Positions 39,201-54,200 of a stretch of 64,000 nt of DNA are shown here, in pieces. The position numbers and the translations under genes were made by a program. The notes under the pieces were generated by a model. That model had not been told where the DNA came from, ran no database searches, and worked only from the letters and a program-made list of their open reading frames with translations. Each line of letters begins with the position of its first letter. The first letter of the stretch is position 1. The stretch is from Squalus acanthias (taxonomy: Eukaryota), in the NCBI GenBank assembly GCA_030390025.1, contig CM059431.1:153700001-153764000 (forward strand), in the 5' to 3' direction.

Positions 39201-42200
39201 GGCGCGGACTGAGCAATTTCTACTGAACATATCCAATTGCTTTCTTCCATTCTACTTCTTGCTAAGTCCGACCCCTAACTCGGATAAGACTCTGGGAGGT
39301 CAACACACCTAGCCTCTCCCGAGGCCACATCCTCTCACCTCAGGAATGCCATAATGTTGCATTTCATTAAATAGCCTTAGTCTAATCAATGATGTTTAAC
39401 TTCTCCCTTTCTCCATTAACTCCTCTCTTACGCAACACAAATGTAAAGAGACATAGTACTGTGAATAAAGCAGGGAATTTCAAGGTACAGTTTGTCTGAT
39501 TGTATGATATAATGATCTGATCGACGTGGCTTATCGAAGGGCAGGATTGGGAGATGAATTGTGCTCTGTTACCTGAAGATCATGTTAATTAAGTTGTATG
39601 CAAACAGGAAGCATTCATTAATAACAGATTCAGTTGCAGAATTGGATCTTCAGGAATGATATAAGCAATGATTCAAAATAGAAATCCATAAGTTTGGGGT
39701 AACACCACAAAATGGAACTCTGTCTATAAGGCGTTCGTTGTCTTACATAAAATAGTGGAAAAGGAATAGCAGAAGAGTTATATAGACAAATTGGAGATCA
39801 TGCAGCAATAACAGTAGCAGTGATTGGTGACTTTGTATATCCAAAGTACAGAAGTAACCGAAGAGGGGAAGGGTGGCCGTGGTGTCTTAGGTCCGTCCAG
39901 GACATTTTTCAGCTGGCTACAATTTTAGAATGACAAGGAAGGATTGAGCATTTCATCTATTTTTTGAAATGGGCTGGGGCCAGTCGGTGAGGAAAGGGTA
40001 GTGAAACATCTACCAATTATTTCGTTAGTATTCATATGAATTATAAAATGTTAAAGGAATAAATCTAATGTCAAGGATGCTGACATATTAGCTCAGCTAT
40101 ATTGAGGCGATTGTGATCAGATAATATCGTGGGTAGGCAATAGGTAGATAGACAAAATACGTTTCCCATACAAGATACACAAATCATACGGGAATGAAAG
40201 CAGTGCAGGGCAGACAAGATTTACTTGGGCTTGCAGAGACATGAAATAAACAATAGATTTAAAATTGAATGTCGGCGTGTAGGGCTAGTTATATAAAACA
40301 AATGAAGGAAGCCTGCGTAATATAATGAACATAATAGATGTATGAGTGGCCGGTGACAGAGTTCGAGACAATGATCATATACACTTCAAGGAAAAAAGTT
40401 ACCCAAAGAAAAGCGCTGTGTAGAGCTGAAATGGGAATGGTTCATATAGAGGACGAAGGATTCACTGAAAAGCTATTGGTACTGTTTCGATGAATTAAGG
40501 TGATACTTGGAATGAATGAAAATCTCATTAAAGTCAATGGAAAAGAAAGACAGAAGCGAGTAAAACTGGGCTGCCATTTCGCTTCTGCGCGTTTTACCGA
40601 ATTGGCCAACACTGGCCAACACATTGTGACCCCTTCTTGATGGTTGTCAACTTTTGCAATCTGACTCTCTAAAAAACTAACTGTGAGTTTTCTAAAATAT
40701 TAAGGTCCTTAACTACCAATAATTATTGGTTTTGTTCCTATCCTATACCTGTAACCGTTGCTTTGTGCCTTGATTTTGCAATTTCCCCTTTTCCATCAAT
40801 CAGTTGCTGTTTATAATGAGAGAAAATCCAATCGCCCTGGGTGTCTCAAAGCTGATCTTTTCTATCTGTGTAACCTCTTACAGTCCTAAAACCTGTCGAG
40901 ATCCAGGCACTGACCCAATAGTTACCTCTTGTGCATCCCCCATTTTCATCGTTCCACCATTGATGACCTTGCCTTAAGCGGTTTAGACACTAAGCTCTGT
41001 AATTCACTCCCGAAACCACTATGAATCTCTTGCTCTCACTTCTCTAAGACTCTCTTTAAGTCTACTCTGTGACCAAGCTTGGTGCTACATTTTGTTTGAT
41101 AACACTAGCTTTGCAACTCTTTTGGACATTTTACTAAGCTAGGTCTTGCTGATTCTGCATAATTCTCATTGCAGGCACTCCTCCTGTCTGCCTAATGGCT
41201 TATCTTCCTTTTCTTTCGCTCAGTGGATCTGGGCGTCGCTGGCAAGGACAGCATTTATTCCTCATCCCTTAATTGTTTTCTGCATTAACTCCCCTTTCTG
41301 AGCGTGTCTTCTCTTTCCCCAGGAAAGCTAGAAATAGAAAAGACGTTTTTTTCCCGGAGTTTGTAATTTTCTTCTCTATATATGATTGCAATATACATTC
41401 TTCTTAGGAAATCGGATCCCTAGCTGCATGTCACCGCAGAAGCGATGCTTCCCAACTCATTTTCGATACCGTGCTGGAAAAGGGAGCTCGGGGAGAAAGA
41501 AAAATGTGGAACATATTGCTTCAACTGCAGAACACCAAACCCAAGCTGAAAATGACATTTTCAGAGATACAGAACAGATGTACAGAGGAAGAAAGTGATC
41601 TAGAAGGTTAGTGGCATCGAAATCTAATTTTACCTTAGATTAACAACGTTTTTTTAAGGTGAGAAATATTTTTTATTCGTTTATTGGATGTGGGCGTCGC
41701 TGGCAAGGCCAGCATTTATTAGGCATCCCTAGTTGCCCTTGAGTTGGTGGTGGTTAGCCGCTTTCCTGTAACGCTGCAGTCTATGTGGTAAAGGTTCTCC
41801 CACAATCCTGTTGGGGAGGGAGTGCCATGAGTTTGACAAAGCGACAATGAAGGAACGGCGATATACTTCCAAGCCAGGATGGTGTTTCACTAGGAGTGGA
41901 CCTTGGAAGTATTGGTGCTCCCAGGCATCTGCTGCACTTGCCCTTCTAGATGGTAAGGTCGCCGGTTTGGGGGTACTGCCGAAGAAGCCTTGACGAATTG
42001 CCGCAGTGCATCTTGTAGATGGTCTACTCTGCAGCGACGATGTGGCAGTGGGGAAGTGATTGAATGCTACCAATTTATACAGTCTTGTATGAGTTTTATA
42101 CACGATTCCTCGAACGACTTTTGGCACTGCCCGTTATAAATTGCAGCTTGGACAGAGCTCAAATACTCCTATGCAAATTCACCTTTTGTTCCACGGATCC

Positions 42201-45200
42201 GTGATGCCCTCATTAACGGAACTACTTTGATTACTTAAAGCACATTGATCATTTGTGAAAGGCTCCTACTCATCCTCAAATCTGTCGCCTACCTTGTCTC
42301 TAAAGTCGTCTTCACATCCCATCTTTTGCACTCCAGTCCCTCTTCTCCCCTTGCTGTACTCTCCAGTGTACCAGTTCATCAGTTCCGAACTCCAGACATA
42401 GAATTCATCCACACCGACTGGAATTCAGTTCCTATGAACTTCCATCTCTGTACTTCTTACTTATTTTAAACAGCGAGAACCTGCAGCAAGGCCTTGGACG
42501 TTTCTCTTAACTCCAGCAGAACAGTAAGCGTTAATTCTGGATACCACCGCAGTAACATAGAAACATATAAGATGGGAGCAGGAGTAGGTCATTCGGCCCC
42601 TCGAGCCTGCTCCGCCATTCAATGTGATCATGGCTGATCATCCAACATTAGTACCCTCTACCTGTCTTCACCCCATATCCTTTGATACCTTTAGCTTTAA
42701 GAAATATATCTAACTCATTCTGGAATATACTTCAAGACTTGGCCTCAACTACCTTCTGTGGTAGAGAATTCCACTGTTTCACCACTATCTGGTGAAGAAA
42801 ATCTTCCGCAATTCTGTCCTAAATGGCTTACCCCTTATCCTTAGATTATGACCCCTGGTTCTGGCCTTTCCGACCATCGGGAACATTCTTCCTGCATTTA
42901 GTTTGTCCAGACCTGTCAGAATTTTATATGTTTCGATGAGATCCCCTCTCATTCTCCTATACTCCAGCGAGTATATGCCCAATCGACCCAATATCTCCTC
43001 ATATGTCATTCCTGCCATCCCAGGTATCAACCTTGTGAATCTTCGCTGAACTCCTTCCTTGGCAAGAACATCCTTCCTCAGATAAGGTGACCAACACTGC
43101 ACACCAAGGCACTGTACAACTGCAGCAGGACATCCCTGTTCATACTCTCAAACCCTTTCGCTATGAAGGCCAGCATACCATTTTCCTTCTTCACCGCCTG
43201 CTGCAACTGCATGCTTACCTTCAGCGACTGGTGCAGAAGGACACCCAGGTTTCGTTGCACTTCCCCTTCTCCCAATCTATTGCCTTTCAGATAATAGTCT
43301 GCCTTTCTGTTTTTTGACACCAAAGTGGATAACCTCGCATTTATCCACGATATGTTGCATCTGCCACGCTTCTGCCCACTCACCAAATCTGTCCAAATTA
43401 TCCTGGAGTTTCTCGGCATCCCCCTCGCAGCACACACGCCCACCCAGCTTTGTGTCATCTGCAAACTTGGCGATATTACATTTAGTTCCCTTATCTAGAT
43501 CATGAATAGATATTGTGAATAGCTGGGGTCCAAGTCCGATCACCTCACTAGTCACTGCCTGCCACTCGGAAAAAGACCCATTAATTCCTATTCTATGCTT
43601 TCTGTCCGCCAACCAGTTCTCCATCCACGTCAATACCTTGCCTCCAATCCCATGTGCCTTAACTTTACACGCTAATCTCTTATGCGAGACCTTATCGAAA
43701 GCCTTTTGAAAGACAAATACACCACATCTACTGTTTCTCCCTTATCTATTTTCCCAGTTATATCCTCAAAAAATTCCTGTAGATTATTCAAGCACGATTT
43801 ACCTTTTGTAAATCCATGTTGACTTTGTCCGATCCTGTCACTGTGTTTCAAGTGCTCAGCTATTACATCCTTTTTAATGCACTATAGCGTTTTCCCCACT
43901 ACCGATGTCAGGCTTACCGGTCTGTAATTCCCTGCTTTCTCTCTGCCACCCTTTTTGAATAGTGGGGTAACATTAGCTACCCTCCAATCCATGGGTACAG
44001 TTCCAGATTCCATCGAATGTTGGAAGATGATGAGCATGCATCTACTATTTCTAGGGCCACTTCCTTAAATACCCTAGGATGTAAATTATCAGGACCTGGG
44101 GATTTATCGGCCTTCAATCCCGTCAATTTCCCGAACACCATTTCCCTGCAAATATTGTTTTTTTTCAATTCCTCCCTTTCATCCGACCCTATGTTCTCCA
44201 AGATCTCTGGGAGGTTATTTGTGTCCTCCTTTGTGAAGACAGAACCAAAATATGCATTTAATTGGTCTGCCATTTATTTGTTCCAAATTATAAACTCCCC
44301 TGCTTCTGACTGCAAGGTACATACACTCGTTTCACTAATCTTTTTTTCTTCACATATCTATAAAAGCTCTTACAGTCAGTTTTTATGTTCCCTGCAAGCT
44401 TATTTTCATATTCTATTTTCCCCTTCTTAATTAATCCCTTTGTCCTCCTTTGTTGCATCCTATACTGCTCCCAATCCTCAGGGTTACCGCTTTTTTCTGG
44501 GCAATTTATATACCCTCTCCTTGGATCTTATGCTACCCCTAATTTCCATTGTTAGCCACGGTTGAGTCACCCTTTTTGGTTTTTTTCTTATGCAACACTG
44601 TGATGAACCAATTCTGTAGTTCATCCATGCAGTCTTTTAATGTTTGCCATTGCCTATCCATCGTTAACCCTTTGAGTGACATTCCCCAATCAATCCTACC
44701 CAATTCGCAACTCATACCATCTTAGTTTCCTTTATTTAAATTCAGGACCCAAGCCTCTGATTCAACTACTTCACTCTCCATCCTAATGAAGAATTCTATC
44801 ATATTATGATCACTCTGACACAAGGGGCCTCGTACAAGAAGATTGCTAATTAATCCCTTCTCGTTACATAATACCCAGTCTAAGATGGCCCGATCTCTGG
44901 TTGGCTCCTCGACATATTGTTCCAGAAAACCATCCCGTAAACATTCTAGGAATTCCTGCTCCACAGTATTCTTACTAATTTGGTTAGACCAATCTACATG
45001 TAAATTAAAGTCACCCATGATGACTGCTGTGCCCTTACTGCATGCTTCTCTAATTTCCCTTTTAATGCCGTTATCAACCTGCGTATTACTGTTTGGAGTT
45101 CTATATACCACTCCCACTAACGTTTTCTGCCCCTTGTTATTTCTCAGTTCTACCCATACAGATTCTTCATCATCAGAGCTAATATCGATCCTTTCAATTG

Positions 45201-48200
45201 TGTTAATTCCCTCTTTAACGAGCAATGTTACCCCACCTCCCTTTCTTTTTAGCCTATCTTTCCTAAATATTGAATACCCCTGGATGTTGAGTTCCCAGCC
45301 TTGGCCACCCTGGAGCCATGTTTCTGTAATCCCAATCAAATCGTATTAATTTACCTCTATTTGCGCAGCTAATTCATCCACCTTGTTCCGAATGCTCCTT
45401 GCATTCAGACACAAAGCCTACAGGCTTGTTTATTTTAACGCTCTCAGACCTATATGAATTATTATTTACTGTGTACATGTTTGATTTAAACCGCTGAGTT
45501 CTTTGCCTTCTACTTTTGTTTTTCTCCTTCCTGTCTATTTCTTTTATCCCTGTTTCCCTTTCCTCTGTCTCCCTGCTCAGGTTCCCAAACCCCTGCCACT
45601 TTAGTTTAAACCCTCCCCAATAGCACTAGCAAACACTCCCCCGAGGACATCGGTCCCGGCCCTGCCCAGGTGTAGACCATCCCGTTCGTACTGGTCCCAC
45701 CTCCCCCAGAACTGGTTCCAATGTGCAAGGAATTTGAATCCCTCCCCGTTGCACCATTCCTCTAGCCACTTATTCATTTGAATTATCCTCCTATTTCTAC
45801 TCTGACTGGCAGATGGCACTGGTAGCAATCCTGAGATTATTATCTTTGAGGTGCTATTTTTTAATTTAGCTCCTAACTCCCTATATTCTGCTTTTAGGAC
45901 CTCATCCCGTTTTTTACCTATATCGTTGATGCCTATGTGTACCACGACAATTGGCTGTTCGCCCTCCCCCTCCAAAATGTCCTGTAGCCGCTCCGAGACG
46001 TCCTTGTCCCTTGCACCAGGGAGGCAACACACCATCCTGGAGTCTCGTTTGGGGCCCGCAGAAACGCCTATCTATTCCCCTTACAATTGAGTCCCCTATC
46101 GCTATAGATCTTCCACACGTTTTCCTCCCAGCCTGTGCAGCAGAGCCACCCATGGTGCCAGGAAGTTGGCTGCTGCTGCCTTCCCCTGATAAGTCATTCA
46201 ACCAACAGTATCCAAAGCGAATTATCTGTTTGAGAGGGGGATGGCCACAGGGGACCCTTTCACAACCTGCCTGCACCTCTTACTCTGCCTGGTGGTCACC
46301 CTTTCACTTCCTGCCTGTACACCCATTACCTGCGGTTTGACCAACTCGCTAAACGTGCTATCCACGAAGTTCTCAGTGTCGCGAATGCTCCAATATGCAA
46401 CCATCCGCATCTCCAGCGCCGCAATGCGATCTATCAGTAGCTGCAGCTGGATACAATTCCCACACACGTGGTCGTCAGGGACACAGGAAGCGTAACTGAT
46501 TTCCCACATATTGCATGAGGAGCGTATCACGGGACGGAGCTGTCCTGCCATGACTAACACTTTATTTAATTAATTAAAATTAACTTAAATAAATCCCACC
46601 AATTACACTTCAATTAAATGATATACTCAAGGGCCCTTTTCCGACATTGGCCTCTGTAAAAAGCCCACGAAAGTGAGTTTCAATACTCACTGTGCTGCTG
46701 CTCTCTACGCCCCCGACACTGGACTCTGGAAAAAAGCCCGCGAAAGTGAGTTTAAAAATTCACTGTGCTACCGCTCTCTCCGCTCCCGACACTGGCCTCT
46801 GGAAAAAAGACAGCGAAAGCGAGTATAAATACTCACTGTGCTGCTGCTCTCTCTGCTCCTGACACTGGACTCTGTAAAAAAAACCGCGAAAGTGAGCTTA
46901 AATACCCACTGTGCTGATGCTCTCTCCGCTCCCGACACTGGCCTCTGGAAAAAAGCCCGCGAAACTGAGTTTAAATACTCACTGTGCTGCTGCTCTCTCC
47001 GCTCCCGACAATGGCCGCTGGAAAAAGGCACTCGAAATTGAGTTTTAATAATCACTCTGCTGCCCGACTACCCGCTCCTGGCACTGGCCTCTGTAAAAAA
47101 AAACCGCGAAAGTGAGTTTAAATATTCACTGTGCTGCTGCTCTCTCCGCTCCCGACACTGGTCTCTGTAAAAAAAAGCCCGCGAATGGCACCCCTAACAG
47201 AGTTTACTGCATGAAAGACTCTCGAAAGAACTTCTGTCGCGACAGCAGTTAGTTCAGATAATTCACTGTTTGATAGAGGGCATTTATGTAAATCTGTTCT
47301 CATTTATACCTTCAAAGAAAATGCTGATACTGAAATATCACTAACGTTGGCGAGCTACACGGATTTCCAGCTGCGCAGATTTATCGATTGCTACCGTCAG
47401 AGTCTAGAACATTCAATTGAAGAGGTAGTGGAGGCCGTTAGTCAGTCGCTTGTAGATGCAAACGTGCTCACTGAAACAAATAATAAGGTATGTTTCATCT
47501 ATGTTAGAATCGTATAGTGTTAAATGAGTCAAACGATTGACGGTTCAGACAGAGTGTATTCTGTGCAGCCCAACGATATAACCAGTAAATAATGCTGTAC
47601 TGGTTTAACTTCAGTAGAAAATTATTGTCCTGTGCCAGTGATTTGAAATTCTCTTTTGAGATATCTGTGTCAAAATTTTTTTTCATGAATTGTCAATGCA
47701 TGTATTCTTAATAAGGGAAGAGGATCTCATGGACTAACCGTGATTTTTTAATGGCATCCTTCTGTGCCCAATTACCCTCAGCTGCTCCATCAATGACCTT
47801 CCTTCAAAAGGTCAGAGTTGGGGCTGTTCGCTAATGATTGCACAATGTTTAGTTCCGTTCGCAATTCCTCAGAAAATTAAGCAGTCCATGCCCGCACGCA
47901 GCATGACCCGGACAACATCCAAGTTTGAGCCGATAATGACAGTTAACATTTATGCCACGTCAGTTTCAGGTGCTGGCTACTTGCAACTAGAGAAAGTCTA
48001 ACCCATTACCATTGACATTCAATGGCTTTACCATCGGCGTTCTACCACCATCAGTGTCCCGGTGATCACCACTAAAACCAGCTTTGAGAATTTACTGCCA
48101 AACCTCTTGCAGTTAACGTTATTCCAGTAGCCAAGCCCCTCGAAATGAGTAATTGAATAAGACAAAACATGCAGCGCAAGCAACACTCATCATCATTACA

Positions 48201-51200
48201 GTCCAATGGACAACCAGGTTCTAAGTCAAAACTGTTATAATCACATAACTAAAATCTCATGTGAATAATTTTACATGACACATACGAACTTAACATCATG
48301 TCATTTCCTACGATCACGGCCGAGATGTTCCGCCCATTCTCCATCAAAACGTCCGTGCGTTTTGAATTGTATTGAGCCATTGTCGGTGGCGCGGAATGAA
48401 CAATTTCTTCTGAACAGAACCAAATGGTTTCTTCCATTCTACATCTTGCTAAGCCCCACCCCTACCTCGGCCCAAAACTCAGGGACGTCAACACACCTAG
48501 CCTCTCCCGAGGCCACATCCTCTCACCTTAGGAATGATATAATGTCGCATTTCATAAAATAACCCTAGTCTAATCTATGATGTTTATCTGCTCCCTTTCT
48601 CCAATACCTCCTAACTTATGTAACACAAATGTAAAGAGACATATTACTGTCAATAATGCTGTGATGTTCAAGGTACAGTTTGTCTGAGTGTATGATATAA
48701 TGATGTGATCGACGTGGCTTTTATAAGGGCTGGATTGGGAAATGAATTGTGCTCTGTTACCTGATGATCATGGTAACTTAAGTTGTATGCAAAGAGCGAT
48801 CGTTCATTAATAACAGATTCAGTTGCAGAATTGGATCAATTAACGTGATTCTTGGAATGAATGAAAAACTCAATGAAGTAATTGGAAAAGAAAGTCAGAC
48901 ATGAGTAAAACTGGGCTGCCAATTCACTTCAGCGCGTTTGAACCAATGGGCCAACACTGTCCAACAACTTGTGACCCATTCTTTATGGTTGTCAACTTGT
49001 GCAATCTGAGTTTCTAAAAAACTAACTGTGAGCTTTGCAAAATATGAATGTCCTTAACTACCAATAATTATTCGTTTTGTTCGTATCCTATAACTGTAAC
49101 CGTAGTTTTGTGCTTTGATTTTGCACTTTCCCCTTTTCCAGCAATTAGTTTCTGGTTATAATGAGAGAAAGTCCAGTCGACTTGGGTGTCTCAAAGCTGA
49201 ACTTTTCTAGCTCTGTAACCACTTCCAATCCTACAACCTGTCGAGATCCAGGCGCTGAGCCAATTCTTACCTCTTGTGCATCCCCCATTGCCATCGCTCC
49301 ACCATTGATGGCCTTGCCTTACGCGGATTTGACCCTAAGCTCTGGTATTCACAACCGAAACCACTGTGAATCTGCATCTCTCTCTTTTCTAAGACTCTCT
49401 TTACATCTACTCTGTGACCAAGCTTTGGTCACCTATACTAATATCTTCCTCTGATCCTTGCTGTTACATTTTATTTGATAACACTCCCATTGCAACGATT
49501 TGGGACGTTTTACTATGCTAGTTCTTGTTGTCTCTACTTAATTCTCATCGCAGGCATGCCTCCTCTGACTAATGGCATATCTTCCTTTTATTCGCTTATG
49601 GTATCTAGGCGTCGCTGGCAAGGATAGCATTTATTGCTCATCCCTTAATTGTTTTCTGCATTAACTACCGATTCTGAGCGTTTCATCTCTCTCCTAAGGA
49701 AAGCTAGATATAGAAAAGAAGTTCCATATCCGAGTTTGTACATTACTTCTGCATATATGATGCAAAAATCATTTTTGTTAGGAAATCAGATCACTAGCTG
49801 AATGCCACCGCAGAAGCGATGCATCCAAACTCATTTGCGATACCGTGCTGGAAAAGGGAGCGCGGGGAGAAAGAACAATGTGGAACATATTGCTTAAACT
49901 GCAGAACACCAAACCCAAGCTGAAAATGGCATTGTCAGAGATAGAGAATGGATGTACAGAGGGAGAAAGTGATCTAGAAGGTTAGTAGTAACCAAATCTA
50001 ATTTCCCGTTAGTATAACGAAGTTTTATTTAAGATGAGTACTATTTTTAACTCGGTTATGTGATGTGGGTGCCGCTGCCAAGGCAGGCATTTATTACCCA
50101 TCCCTAGTTGCCCTTGAGAATGTGGTGGTTCGCCGCTGTCCTGAAACGCTGCAGTCCATGTGGTGAAGGTTCTCCCAAAATGCTGTTGGGGAGGCAGTGT
50201 CATGCGTTTGACAAAGCGTCATTGAAGGAACGGCGATATACTTCCAAGAGAGGATGGTGTGTGTCTTGGAGGGGAATTTGGAAGTGGTGGTGTTCCCAGG
50301 CGCCTGATACTCTTGACCTTCTGGTTGGTAGAGGTCGCGGGTTTCGGATGTACTGGTGAAGTAGCATTGACGAGTTACTGCAGTGTATCTTGTAGATGGT
50401 CCACTCTGCAGCCACTGTGTGGCAGTGGGGAAGGAACTGGATGCTACGAATTTATACAGGCTTGTGTGAGTTTTATAATCGATTCCTTGAACGACCTTTG
50501 GCACTGCCCGTTATAAATTTCAGCTTGGTCAGAGCTCCACTACTCCGATGCAAATTCACCTTTTGTTCCACGGATCCGTGTTGCCCTCATTAACGGACCT
50601 ACTTTGATTCCTTAAACCACATTGATAATTTGTGAAAGGCTCCTACTCATCCTCAAATCTCTCGCCTACCTTATCTCTAAAGTCGTCTTCACGTCCCCTC
50701 TGTTTCCCTACAGTCCCTCCTCTCCCTTGCTGTGGTCTCTTGTGTACCATTTCATCAGCGCCGAACTCCAGATATACAAATCATACACACCGACTGGAAC
50801 TCAGCTCCTATCAGCTTCCATCTCGGTACTTCTTACTTATTTAAACAACGACCACACATAGCCAGGCCAGCGTTGTTTCTCTTAACTCCAGCAGAACAGT
50901 CAGCGTTAATTCTGAATACCATCTGTGTAAGGCACCATTAGCAATGTTCACTGCTTGAAAGTATCTCTAAAGAACTTTTGTCGCGATAGCAGTTTGTTCC
51001 GAGTATTCACTCTTTCATAACATTTATGTTAATCTGTTCTCATTTACAACTTCACAGAACATGCAGATACTGAAATATCACTAACGTTGGCGAGCTACAC
51101 GGATTTCCAGCTGCGCAGAGTTATCGTTTGCTATCGTCAGAGACTAGAACAGTCAATTGAAGAGGCAGTGGAGGCCGTTAGTCAGTCGCTTGTAGATGCA

Positions 51201-54200
51201 AACGTGCTTGCTGAAAAAAATCATAAGGTATGTCTCATCTATGTTAGAATCGTATAGTGTTAAATGAGTTAAACGATTGACTGTTTAGACAGGGAGTATT
51301 CTGTTCAACCCAACGATATAAGCAGTAGATAACGCTGTACTGGTTTAACTTCAGTAGACAATCTGAAATTAATGTCCTGAGCCAGTGATTAGAAATACTC
51401 TTCTGAGATATTAATGTTAAATTTATTTTTCATGAATTGTCAATGCATGCATTCTTAATAACATAACAGTACCTCATGGACGAACCGTGATTTTTAAAGG
51501 CAGCCTTCTGTGCCCAATTATCGTCAGCTGCTTCATCAATGACCTTCCTTCAAAAGGTCAGATTTGGGGCTATTCGCTAATTATTGCACAATGTTTAGTT
51601 CCGTTCGCAATTCCTCAGAAAATGAAGCAGTCCATGCCTGCACGCAGCATGACCCGGACAACATCCACGTTTGGGCCGATCAGTGACAGATAACATTTAT
51701 GCCACGTAAGTTTCAGGTACTTGCTACTTGCAACTAGAGAAAGTCTAATATTTTACCATTGACATTCAATCGCTTTACCATCGGCGTTCTACTTCCATGA
51801 GTGTCCCGGTGATCACCAATAAAACCATCTCTGAGAATTTACTGCCAAACATATTTCAGTTAACGTTATAACAGTAGCCAAGCCACTCGAAGTGATTCAT
51901 TGAATAAGACAAAACATGCAGCGCAAGCAACACACATCATCATTACAGTCCAATGGACAACCAGATGCTAAGTCAAAACTGTTATAATCACATAATTCAA
52001 ATATCATGTGAAAAGTTAAAAAACACATACGAACTTAACAGTATGACATTTCCTACGATCACGGCCGAGATTTTCCACTCTTTTTCCATCAAAATGGCCG
52101 TGCGTTTCGAATTGTATTGAGCCATTGCCGGTAGGCGCGGAATAAAACAATTTCTGCTGAACATATCCAATTGGTTTCTTCCATTCTACATCTTGCTAAG
52201 TCCCACCCCTACGTCGGCCCAAAACTCAGGAAGGTCAACACCCCTAGCCACTCCCGAGGCCACATCCTCTCACCTCAGGAATGCCATAATGTCGCATTCA
52301 TAAAATAATCCTAGTCTAATCTATGATGTTTATCGGCTCCCTGTCTCCAATACCTCCTCACTTATGTAACACAAATGTAAAGAGACATAGTACTTTAAGT
52401 AAAGCTGGGAATTTCATGGTACAGTTTGTCTGAGGGTATGATATAATGATGTGATCGACGTGGCTTATATAAGGGCAGGGTTGGGAAATGAAATGTGCTC
52501 TGTTACCTGAAGATCATGATGTGGAGATGCCGGTGTTGGACTGGGGCGGACAAAAATGAGAAGTCGCACAACACCAGGTTATAGTCCAACAGTTTTATTT
52601 GAAATCACAAGCTTTCGGAGCTGCTGCTCCTTCGGCGGGTGAAGTAAAGAGATACAGAATCGCCAAAGCATATATAGATAGAGAACAATGCATGTGTACC
52701 TTACAATGGCTTCGACTAAATTTAATCATCCTGACTGTTTATCTGCCGAGCTGTGACAAAAGGCAATCAGGTCAGCCAGGAAGGTACCACATCAAAGACA
52801 TAGCAAGATACAACTGAGAAAATGAGGTGGAGTTACAGGGGGTCTAACGTGCCAAAAGCTGCAGTCGGTATGTAAAACGATAAACTTTAAAATGTTTACT
52901 TTTTTACTGGGAATCGCATCTGTGAACAAGCCAACGACGACTCGAGTTGGGATCACGTCATGTATCGTGACATAAACCCAAGATCCCGGTTGAGACCGTC
53001 CTCATGAGTGCAGAACTTGGCTATCAGTTTCTGCTCGATGATTTTGCGTTGTCGTGTATTTCTAAGGCCGCCTTGGAGAACGCTTACCCGCAGATCCGAG
53101 GCTGAATGTCCTTGACTGCTGAAGTGTTCCCCGACTGGGAGGGAACACTCCTGCCTGGTGATTGTTGCGCAGTGTCCGTTCATACGTTGTCTCAGTGTCT
53201 GCAAGGTCTCGCCGATGTACCATGCCGCGGTGCATTCATTCCTGCAACGTATGAGGTAGACAAAGTTGGCCGAGTCAAAAGAGTATGTACCATGTACCTG
53301 GTGGGTAGTGTCCTCACGTGTGATGATGGTATCTGTGTTGATGACCTGGCATGTCTTGCAGAGGTTGCCGTGGCAGGGTTGTGTTGTGTCGTGGTCGCTG
53401 TTATCCTGAAAGCTGGGTAATTAGCTGCGAACGATGGTACTTCTGAGGTTAGGTGGCTGTTTGAAGGCAAGTAGTGGAGGCGTGGGGATGGCCTTAGCGA
53501 GGTGTTCATCGTTATCGATGACTTGTTGAAGGCTGCGAAGAACATGGCTTAGTTTCTCCGCTCCGGGGAACTACTGGACGACGTAGGGTACCCTGTTGGT
53601 TGTGTCCCGTGTTCGCCTTCTGAGGAGGTCTATGCGATTTTTCGCTGTGGCCCGTCGGAACTGTCGATCGATGAGTCGAGCGACATATCCCGTTCTTCCG
53701 AGGGCGTTTTTCAGCGTCCGTTGGTGTCCATCGCGTTCCTCCTCGTCTGAGCAGATCCTGTGTATTCGCAGGGCTTGTCCATAGGGGATGGCTTCTTTAA
53801 CGTGGTTAGGGTGGAAGCTGGCGAAGTGGAGCATCGTGAGGTTGTCCGTGGGCTTGCGGTAGAGTGAAGTGCTTAGGTGTCACTCTTTGATGGAGATTCG
53901 TGTGTCCAGGAATGAAACCGATTCTGAGGAGTAGTCCATGGTGAGTTTGATGGTGGGATGGAACTTGTTTATGTTATCGTGTAGTCTTTTCAGTGATCCT
54001 TCGCCATGGGTCCAAAGGAAGAAAATGTCGTCGATGTATCTGGTGTACAGCGTTGGTTGGAGGTCCTGTGCAGCGAAGAAGTCTTGCTCGAACTTGTGCA
54101 TGAAGATGTTGGCGTATTGGGGTGCGAATTTGGTCCCCATGGCTGTTCCGTGTGTTTGGGTAAAAAAATAGTTGTCGAAGGTGAAGACATTGTGATCAAG

